Assembly: GCA_036271135.1 (NCBI GenBank)
Contig: DATBBF010000020.1
Location: 37,701-101,700, forward strand
Direction: 5' to 3'
Source: Solirubrobacteraceae bacterium
GTDB lineage: Bacteria; Actinomycetota; Thermoleophilia; Solirubrobacterales; Solirubrobacteraceae
Length of the DNA stretch: 64,000 nucleotides
Both the position numbers and the translations under genes were made by a program. Under the pieces are notes generated by a model, which was not told the origin of the DNA, ran no database searches, and saw only the letters and a list, made by a program, of their open reading frames with translations. This document shows positions 57,255 to 64,000 of this stretch, one piece after another (positions within the stretch are counted from its first letter, which is position 1; the number at the start of each line of letters is the position of its first letter).

Positions 57255-58660
57255 GCCCGCTCGCTACCAGCCTGCCCTCGGCGGGCACCCTCATACCCCT
57301 GGCCGTGGCGGGACTCCTCGCCGTCGCGCTGCTTGCCGTCCTGATCCAGCGCCGGCCCGAAGCGTTGCCGCTGCTCGTCACCGCGGCGCTGCCCTTCCGC
57401 GTGCCGATCGCGTCCGACGGACGCACGGTCAACCTGCTGATCCCGCTGTACGTGGTCGTCGCGGCGGGGGTCCTCGTGCGCCTGCTGGCGATGCTCCGCG
57501 ACGACGGGGAGCATGGATCCTCCGCCGGAAGCCCCCTGGCCCACGACGGGGCGGACCCCGCGATCCGCCGGCTGCAATGGGTGCTGCTCGGGGTGGTCGC
57601 GCTGTACGTGCTGCAGATCGCCTATTCGCCCGATCGTGCCAAGGCCGCCGAGAACGTCGCCTTCTTCTACGTCCCCTTCGGCCTGCTGTTCGTGCTGCTG
57701 CGCGACGTGCCGTGGACGAGCCGCCTGCTGCTGCGCTGCCTCGGCCTGCTCGTGGCGATCGCGATCGTCCTGGCCGGAGTCGGGTTCGTGGAGTACGCGC
57801 GCAAGAGCCTGTTCCTGAACCCGAAGCTGGTCGCGGCCAACCAGTACGACAACTACTTCCGCGTCAACTCGGTGTTCTTCGATCCGAGCATCTACGGACG
57901 CTTCCTGATCCTCGTGATGATCGCTGTGACGACCGTTGTGCTGTGGGGGGCGCGCCGCGAGGCGCAGATCGGGGCGCTGGTGCTGGCCTGGCTGCTGGCG
58001 GGACTCGTCACGAGCTTCTCGCAGTCGAGCATCGCGGCCCTCTTGCTGGGACTGGCGGTGCTGGCCGCATGGCGCTGGGATCTGCGTCGCACCATCTACG
58101 TCTCTGCCGCCGTGCTCGTGCTGGGCGCCGTGGTGCTGGCGGCGGCCCCCAGCTCGTTGCACTTCGGCCTGAAAGGCAAAGGCGGCTCGGCCCAGAATGC
58201 CTCCAACGGCCGCACCAACTTGATCGAAGGCGGTCTCGAACTGTTCGCCGACAGGCCGCTTGAGGGCTTCGGCGCGGGGTCCTTCGAAACGGAGTACAAG
58301 CGCCACAGCAAGGCAAGCCAGGCGACCGAGCAGAACGCGACATCCGCCTCGCACACGATCCCGATTACAGTCGCCGCCGAGCAGGGCCTGATCGGCCTGG
58401 CTGTCTACGTGGCGCTGCTCGTGCTCGCCTTCGGAGTGCTGTTCAGGGGGGCGGGTCGCTCGCCGCCGCGCATCGCCCTGGCGGCCTGCTTCGCGGCCCT
58501 GGTCCTGCACACCTGGACCTACGCGGACTTCCTCGAGGACCCGTTCACGTGGGCGCTGTTGGCGATCGGCGTCGCGCTGGCGCGCGCCGGCGGCGTCGCG
58601 GGTCCGGACACGGCCGAGCCGGAACCTCGCGGGCGTTCCGTCGCCGCGAGTAGCTTCTGA
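57251..58660 (+). CDS. O-antigen ligase/polymerase family (Wzy_C) membrane protein
   Basis: 469 aa with about 10-12 TM helices. It has a Wzy_C-like loop (LVTSFSQSSIAALLLGLAVLAAW) and a later LEGFGAGSFE motif. GTGA overlap with the upstream gene. Confidence 0.8.
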   Translation: MSPLATSLPSAGTLIPLAVAGLLAVALLAVLIQRRPEALPLLVTAALPFRVPIASDGRTVNLLIPLYVVVAAGVLVRLLAMLRDDGEHGSSAGSPLAHDGADPAIRRLQWVLLGVVALYVLQIAYSPDRAKAAENVAFFYVPFGLLFVLLRDVPWTSRLLLRCLGLLVAIAIVLAGVGFVEYARKSLFLNPKLVAANQYDNYFRVNSVFFDPSIYGRFLILVMIAVTTVVLWGARREAQIGALVLAWLLAGLVTSFSQSSIAALLLGLAVLAAWRWDLRRTIYVSAAVLVLGAVVLAAAPSSLHFGLKGKGGSAQNASNGRTNLIEGGLELFADRPLEGFGAGSFETEYKRHSKASQATEQNATSASHTIPITVAAEQGLIGLAVYVALLVLAFGVLFRGAGRSPPRIALAACFAALVLHTWTYADFLEDPFTWALLAIGVALARAGGVAGPDTAEPEPRGRSVAASSF

Positions 58661-58663
58661 GCC

Positions 58664-60193
58664 GTGCTCGGCTACCTCAGGCGCCTGGTCACGACGGGCG
58701 CGGCCTATCAGTTCGGGGACATCCTGGCGAAGGGGTTGGCGCTCCTCACGCTGCCGCTCTACACCCACCATCTCAGCCCCGGGGCCTACGGTGCCGCCGA
58801 ATCGCTGCTGACGGCGGTGATCCTCTCCAGCATCCTCGTCAGGGTCGGCGTCGGCGAGGCCTTCATCCGTTTTTATTTCGATGATGAGGATCTGGAGCGT
58901 CGTGACCGGATAGCGCGCACGGCGACGGCCACGGTCGCTTGGACCACCACGCTCGCCTCGGTGGTCGCGCTGATCTTCGCCGCTCCGCTCTCGAAGCTAA
59001 TCCTCGACTTCCGCGATCCGCTGCTGCTCGACTGCGCCGTGCTCGGGCTGTGGGCCTTCACGAACCTCGAGATGGCCTACGCGCAGCTGCGGGTCGACGA
59101 ACGCGCTCGCACCTACATCTACGCCTCCGCTGCCAACGTGCTGCTGACGATCGCCTTCACGGTCAGCCTCGTCGTGTTCGCCGACCAGGGAGCGCGGGGC
59201 CTGTTGCTGGGCAACTTCGGCGCCTCCGCCGTGATCGTCCTGGCTCTCTGGTGGGTATTGCGCCGCCGCGTCTCGCTGCGCGTCGTGCCCTCAGACCTGC
59301 GCGCGATGCTCGCCTTTGGTCTGCCGACCGTCCCGGCCGACGCAAGCGTCTACGCGCTGCAGGTGGCTGACCGCCTCTACCTCTACCGCTCCTACTCCCA
59401 CGGCGCCGCCGGTCTCTACGCGGTCGCGATCAAGCTCGCGACCGTCGTGTTCGTGGCCGTGCGGGGCTTCCAGTACGCCTGGCCGCCGCTGGCCTACTCG
59501 ATCGAGGACGACGAGGAGGCGGGCCGTCTGTACTCCCTCGTCACCACCTACTACACGCTTGCCACAGGCGCTGTCGTCTGCGGTGTCGCCTTGCTGGGAC
59601 GCTGGATGGTGCGGCTGCTGGCCGCCCACCGCTACTTCGACGCCCACCGCGCACTGCCTTGGCTGGCGCTCGGGTGGGCGCTCTACGGGCTCTACCTCGT
59701 GTTCGTCGCGATCTCCGGGCGAGCGCGGGTCACCTCGCGCAACATGCCGGCAGCGGCTGTCGGGCTGGCTGTCAACATCGTGCTGCTGATCGTGCTCGTG
59801 CCCTCAGGTGGCGCGAACCTCGGCATCGCCGGCGCCGGGATCGCCCTGTGCGGCGCCTACGCGGCGATGCTCGCGGTCATGTACCTGCTGACGCGGAGCC
59901 TGTTCCGAGTCGGCTTCGAATGGCTGCGTCTGGCGCAGCTGACGGCGATTCTCACGGCCGTCGCAGTGTCCGGCGAGCTGCTGCTGCCCGACCACGGGCT
60001 GCTCGGCCTCGCGACTCGCGTGGCGTGGCTCGCCCTGGTGCCCGCGGCGCTGCTTGCGAGCCGCTTCTTCCATCCTCATGAGCGCGAGCAGGCCTTGCGT
60101 CTCGTCGCCGACGGCCGCCGCCGCGTGGCGTCCTTCCGGGCTGATCATGGCGAGGTCGAGGCCTACGCCGAGGATCCGCTCCGCGATCTCTGA
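58664..60193 (+). CDS. polysaccharide flippase (Wzx/MOP superfamily)
   Basis: 509 aa with about 12-14 TM helices. The N-terminus YQFGDILAKGLALLTLPLYTHHLSPGAYG is typical of polysaccharide biosynthesis (Wzx-like) proteins. Confidence 0.8.
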   Translation: MLGYLRRLVTTGAAYQFGDILAKGLALLTLPLYTHHLSPGAYGAAESLLTAVILSSILVRVGVGEAFIRFYFDDEDLERRDRIARTATATVAWTTTLASVVALIFAAPLSKLILDFRDPLLLDCAVLGLWAFTNLEMAYAQLRVDERARTYIYASAANVLLTIAFTVSLVVFADQGARGLLLGNFGASAVIVLALWWVLRRRVSLRVVPSDLRAMLAFGLPTVPADASVYALQVADRLYLYRSYSHGAAGLYAVAIKLATVVFVAVRGFQYAWPPLAYSIEDDEEAGRLYSLVTTYYTLATGAVVCGVALLGRWMVRLLAAHRYFDAHRALPWLALGWALYGLYLVFVAISGRARVTSRNMPAAAVGLAVNIVLLIVLVPSGGANLGIAGAGIALCGAYAAMLAVMYLLTRSLFRVGFEWLRLAQLTAILTAVAVSGELLLPDHGLLGLATRVAWLALVPAALLASRFFHPHEREQALRLVADGRRRVASFRADHGEVEAYAEDPLRDL

Positions 60194-60275
60194 GCAAATC
60201 GGCGGTTTTCGGCGTGTTGAGCCGGCCGTTACTTTGCTCAAGCTAGGAGGTGCGGCGGCCGATTCCTGCCCTACC

Positions 60276-61466
60276 GTGCCGGAGTTGAAGATCAAGGATG
60301 CCCCTCGCGCAGGGGCCAGCGAGCGCAAGCGCCGCGCCGAGGCGGTCCAGCGCCAGCGTGCCGACACCCATGCCCGCAGCGTCGCGGCCGCGGGCGAGCT
60401 CGCCAGGCTGCGCGATCAGCTGCGGGTCGCCGCCGAGCTCAACGCGCGGCTTGCACTCCACAACGAACCTGAGGAGCTGGGCCGCGTCGTGGTCGACGCT
60501 CTGCACGAGAACTTCGCCTTCTACCTCGCCGCTGTGCAGCGTCTCGACGAGGACGGCTTTCTTCGCTTGGTCGCCGGTCGCGGCCCGCTGGCTGAGGTGA
60601 TGGCCGAGTTCCTGCTGACGGAGCAGCCGGTCACCCACGGCGTCAATGGCCGCGTCGCACGGACGGGAGTGACGGCGCTCGTCTCCGAGACGCGCGAAGA
60701 CCCCGACTACATCGTCCGTGACCCCAAGACCGATCCCCGCTCGGAGGTCTCGGTCGCGATCTTCGTCGAGGACCGCGTGTGGGGCGTTGTCAACATCGAG
60801 GCGGTCGAACCCGGCGCGCTGCGCGAGACCGACGTGGTGCTCGTCGAGGCGGTCGCCGCCAGCCTCGGCTCGGCCCTGCACCGCTCGCGCCTCGTCGCCG
60901 AGCTCGAGTCGGCGTTTACTACGACCCTGGCGATCCTCACCAGCACCGTCGAGGCGAAGGACGACTACACGGCCTCCCACGGCGAGGACGTCGCCGAGCT
61001 GGCCGAGCGGGTCGCACTGCAGATGGGCCTCTCCAACGGACAGGCCCGGGACGTTCGCCTCGCGGCGATGCTCCACGACGTCGGCAAGATCGCCGTGCCC
61101 AGCGAGATCCTCCTGAAGCCCGGGCCGCTGACCGACGAGGAGTGGGTGGTGATGCGCCGCCACGCGGCTGTCGGTGGCGACTTGGTGGCGCGGATCGACG
61201 CGTTCGCGCATCTCGCGCCCGCCGTGCGCTCGAGCCACGAGCGCTGGGATGGCGGCGGCTACCCCGACCGTCTCGCCGCCGAAGCGATCCCTCTTTCGGC
61301 ACGGATCATCTCGGCCTGCGACACCTACGACGCGATCGTCACCGACCGCCCCTACCGTCCGGGCCGCACGGCCGCGGAGGCGCGTGCGGAGCTGGAACGG
61401 GTCGCGGGCAGCCAGCTCGACCCGGTCGTCGTGCGCGCGCTGATCGCCGTCTTCGACCGCGCCTGA
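60276..61466 (+). CDS. GAF sensor domain - HD-GYP domain protein (putative c-di-GMP phosphodiesterase)
   Basis: GAF-like central region (VNGRVARTGVTALVSETREDPDYI...SEVSVAIFVEDRVWGVVNIE). HD-GYP motifs HGEDVA, MLHDVGKIAVP and SHERWDGGGYPDRL. The start is uncertain (GTG at 60276 chosen, TTG at 60234 or 60285 possible). Confidence 0.82.
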   Translation: MPELKIKDAPRAGASERKRRAEAVQRQRADTHARSVAAAGELARLRDQLRVAAELNARLALHNEPEELGRVVVDALHENFAFYLAAVQRLDEDGFLRLVAGRGPLAEVMAEFLLTEQPVTHGVNGRVARTGVTALVSETREDPDYIVRDPKTDPRSEVSVAIFVEDRVWGVVNIEAVEPGALRETDVVLVEAVAASLGSALHRSRLVAELESAFTTTLAILTSTVEAKDDYTASHGEDVAELAERVALQMGLSNGQARDVRLAAMLHDVGKIAVPSEILLKPGPLTDEEWVVMRRHAAVGGDLVARIDAFAHLAPAVRSSHERWDGGGYPDRLAAEAIPLSARIISACDTYDAIVTDRPYRPGRTAAEARAELERVAGSQLDPVVVRALIAVFDRA

Positions 61467-61481
61467 GCGGCTTGCGTCTCA

Positions 61482-62423
61482 TCACGCGCGGTTGTAAGCA
61501 TCGGCCGCCTCGCGCAGTCCTTCGCCCCGCTCGGGACGCAGCGTCGTCGTGACGTGTCGCCAGAAGCGCCGGGGGTCCCGGCCTGGGAGCACCGTTGCGA
61601 CGAGCGCCCTGATCGCGTAGGTGTAGGCGGTCAGCCAGCGTACGGCCCGGGCGGCTCCCGCGGAGTGATGCTTACGCATGTAGAGGTCGCGGTTGCGAGA
61701 CATCTCGACGATCCTGCGCTCGGGGACGGAGCCCGTCGCCAGCTGCTCATGGTGGATCGCCCGCGCGCCCGGGACGAACACGCTGCTCCAGCCTGCCTCG
61801 CGCAGCCGCAGGGCGAAGTCGACCTCGTCGGAGTAGACGAAGAAGTCGGGGTCCAGATAGCCGACCGCCGTGGCTGCCTCGCGCCGCACGAGCAAAGCCG
61901 CCGACTGGCACCAGTCGACCTCGCGCACGTGCGCACCCCGGCTCTGCACCGTCACGAGACGATGCAGGAACAGCGCTCCAGCCAGTGCCGTCAACGGTCC
62001 CGGGAAGCGCCAGGCGCAGGCCTGCGGCGAGCCGTCGGGGCGAAGCAGCTGGGCGCCCGCGCAGGCTGCCGTGGGCCGGCTGCTCAGTGCTTCGTGGAGG
62101 ACTGCGGTCGCGCCGGGAAGCAGCTCGGAGTCCTCGTTGAGCAGCAGCCCATAGCGACCCTGGGCCGACGCAAGCAGCTCACTGTCGTTGAGCGCCTTGC
62201 CGCGGCGCTGCTCGAGGGCGACCGTGCGGTCGACCTCGGGGTGCGCCCGAGCCGCCTCGGCCGAGCCGTCGCGCGAGCCGTTGTCGAGCACGATCACCTC
62301 GGTCGGGAACGGCAGCATCCGGCGCTCGCGGCCGATCGCGTCGAGGCCCTTCAGCAGCAGGTCGCGCTGGGAGGTGTTGACCACGCAGAAGCTGATCTCG
62401 ATCTCCGGGGGCGGCTCGTCCAT
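61482..62423 (-). CDS. family 2 glycosyltransferase
   Basis: ATG at 62423 is preceded by GGAGGTGAG. ISFCVVNTSQRDLL...VIVLDNGSRDGS and LLLNEDSEL (DxD-like) motifs. Confidence 0.85.
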   Translation of the reverse strand: MDEPPPEIEISFCVVNTSQRDLLLKGLDAIGRERRMLPFPTEVIVLDNGSRDGSAEAARAHPEVDRTVALEQRRGKALNDSELLASAQGRYGLLLNEDSELLPGATAVLHEALSSRPTAACAGAQLLRPDGSPQACAWRFPGPLTALAGALFLHRLVTVQSRGAHVREVDWCQSAALLVRREAATAVGYLDPDFFVYSDEVDFALRLREAGWSSVFVPGARAIHHEQLATGSVPERRIVEMSRNRDLYMRKHHSAGAARAVRWLTAYTYAIRALVATVLPGRDPRRFWRHVTTTLRPERGEGLREAADAYNRA

Positions 62424-62463
62424 TCTCACATTCTCACCTCCCGCGGGCCTATTGTCCGTGCCG

Positions 62464-63567
62464 GTGCGCGTCCACGTCGTCGATCCCTCGGCTTTCACGC
62501 CGCCCTATGACCACGCGCTGTGCGCCGCTCTCGGAGCGGCCGGCGCCGAGGTCGAGCTGTTCACGAGCCGCTTCGCCTATGGCAGCGTGCCGGCGCCCGA
62601 GGGCTACCGGCGCCGTGAGACGTTCTACGGAGCCGCCGCGCGCGTCGAGGGCGCCGGGCCCAGGCGTGTCGTGAAGCTGGCGGAGCATGTGCCGGACATG
62701 CTCCGCTACCGCCGTGCCGCCCGCCGGGCGGAGGTCGTGCACTTCCAGTGGCTGACCATCCAGCATCTCGACGGGCAGCTGATCCCACGCCGCCGTCCGG
62801 GCCGCCCGCTGCTGCTGACCGCCCACGACATCCTCCCGCGCGAGGCGCGCCCCGGACAGCGCGCGGCGCAGCGCCGTCTCTACGGACGCTTCGATGCGAT
62901 CGTCGCCCACTCCGAGCACGGCCGGCGGCGGCTCACCGACGAGCTCGGAGTCGATCCGGCACGAGTCCATGTGATCCCCCACGGGGCGTTCACCCACCTC
63001 GCCGGCGATCCACCGGCTGGGGAGGAGCCGCCGTTTCAGACCGATCTCCCCGTCGTCCTGTGCTTCGGTCTGATGCGTCCGTACAAGGGCATCGATGTGT
63101 TGCTGGAAGCCTGGCGCGGGATCGAGGGCGCCGAGCTGTGGATCGCGGGGATGCCGCGGATGGACATCTCGTCGCTGCTGGCCGCGGCGCCCCCGAACGT
63201 GCGCTTCATCCCCCGCTTCATCGGCGACCGTGAGCTGGGCGCCTACTTCCGCCGCGCCGACCTGGTCGTCCTTCCCTACCGCCAGATCGACCAGTCGGGG
63301 GTTCTGTTCACGGCGCTGGCGTTCGGGCGACCACTGTTGCTCAGCGATGTCGGCGGCTTTCCGGAGCTGGCAGGCACGGGCGCCGCACGGATCGTCCCGA
63401 GCGGCGAGGAGGCGGCGCTTCACACGGCGCTGACCGAGCTGCTGGCCGCTCCGGCCGAGCGCGAGCGGATGGCCGCTGCCGCACTACAGGCCGCCGCCGG
63501 CGAATACTCCTGGGACTCGATCGCACGCCAGACGCTGGCGCTGTACGAGCATCTGCGAGTGGGCTGA
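62464..63567 (+). CDS. family 4 (GT-B, group 1) glycosyltransferase
   Basis: GTG at 62464 (VRVHVVDPSAFTPPYDH...). C-terminal group 1 motifs (FGLMRPYKGIDVLLEAW...LVVLPYRQIDQSGVLFTALAFGRPLLLSDVGGFPE). Divergent from the GT2 gene with a 40-bp spacer. Confidence 0.85.
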   Translation: MRVHVVDPSAFTPPYDHALCAALGAAGAEVELFTSRFAYGSVPAPEGYRRRETFYGAAARVEGAGPRRVVKLAEHVPDMLRYRRAARRAEVVHFQWLTIQHLDGQLIPRRRPGRPLLLTAHDILPREARPGQRAAQRRLYGRFDAIVAHSEHGRRRLTDELGVDPARVHVIPHGAFTHLAGDPPAGEEPPFQTDLPVVLCFGLMRPYKGIDVLLEAWRGIEGAELWIAGMPRMDISSLLAAAPPNVRFIPRFIGDRELGAYFRRADLVVLPYRQIDQSGVLFTALAFGRPLLLSDVGGFPELAGTGAARIVPSGEEAALHTALTELLAAPAERERMAAAALQAAAGEYSWDSIARQTLALYEHLRVG

Positions 63568-63951
63568 CTACTCGCTCCAGAAGTCCTGCAGCAGCTCGCC
63601 GTCGGACTCGTGACGGGGACCGAAGACGAGCACGGTCATACCCTCGGGACCAGCCTCGAAGGCCCTGACGACAGGGGGAGCGATGCGGATCGCGTCGTGG
63701 CGTGAGATCTCGCGGACCTCGTCGTCGAGGCGGACGCGCCCGCCGCCCTCGAGCACCACGCAGACCTCCTCGGCCTGCTCGTGGCGGTGACCGAATGCCT
63801 GGCGCTTGCCCGGTTTGATCACGTGGTAGGCGAATCCGGTGCGCTCGGCGCCCAGCTCCTCGCGAGGGAAGTGCGCCTCGCCGATCTCGGAGAAGCCGAA
63901 CTTGACGGCGCTGTCCTCGGTCGAGTCGAGGTTCTTGATCGTGTAGCTCAT
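63568..63951 (-). CDS. cupin domain protein
   Basis: 127 aa. Cupin motifs GHRHEQAEEVCVVLEGGG and RIAPPVVRAFEAG. The stop abuts the GT4 stop. Confidence 0.75.
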   Translation of the reverse strand: MSYTIKNLDSTEDSAVKFGFSEIGEAHFPREELGAERTGFAYHVIKPGKRQAFGHRHEQAEEVCVVLEGGGRVRLDDEVREISRHDAIRIAPPVVRAFEAGPEGMTVLVFGPRHESDGELLQDFWSE

Positions 63952-64000
63952 GGCTGTGACTCCAACATACCCGCGAGAATGGCATTCGATGCTCGTTCTC

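Overview
High-GC (roughly 70%) bacterial chromosome segment centred on the replication origin, with gene order typical of Actinomycetota. The block rpmH-rnpA-yidD-yidC-jag-rsmG-parA-parB runs on the minus strand and diverges from dnaA-dnaN-recF-DUF721(DciA-like)-gyrB-gyrA on the plus strand. A DnaA-box cluster lies in the dnaA-dnaN spacer and one parS-like site lies between rsmG and jag. The left arm (1-19 kb) is mostly metabolic: TetR regulator, aminotransferase, FAD oxidoreductase plus FGGY kinase, threonine dehydratase, choline-kinase-like protein, dimethylglycine/sarcosine-dehydrogenase-like protein, PEP mutase family protein, Tat-exported phosphocholine-type phospholipase C, ABM monooxygenase, 1-Cys peroxiredoxin and an FMN-dependent alpha-hydroxy-acid dehydrogenase. 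It ends with two large secreted repeat proteins (RCC1-repeat, and an 8-fold repeat plus PKD). A tRNA-Ile(GAT) is followed by a ~1-kb islet carrying an MNT-HEPN toxin-antitoxin pair, bounded by a direct repeat of the tRNA 3' end. The right arm holds a CAP-domain protein, a 345-bp unexplained structured intergenic region, an HNH endonuclease, pheA and DUF4446. Next comes the actinobacterial cell-wall signalling cluster (polytopic Ser/Thr kinase, fhaA, fhaB, pstP, pbpA, PASTA kinase pknB, ddl), which has no rodA/SEDS gene. A dedA-uppP-Ser/Thr-kinase operon follows. The window ends with a tightly coupled envelope-glycan locus: DUF354, CapD-like dehydratase, LytR_C protein, phosphosulfolactate-synthase-like ComA, Ig-like membrane protein, O-antigen ligase-like protein, Wzx-like flippase, GAF-HD-GYP protein, GT2, GT4 and a cupin. 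No rRNA, CRISPR array, transposase or integrase gene was recognised. The many long antisense ORFs in the six-frame track are treated as high-GC artefacts. All calls rest on reading the translated ORFs and the DNA by eye; no database search was run.
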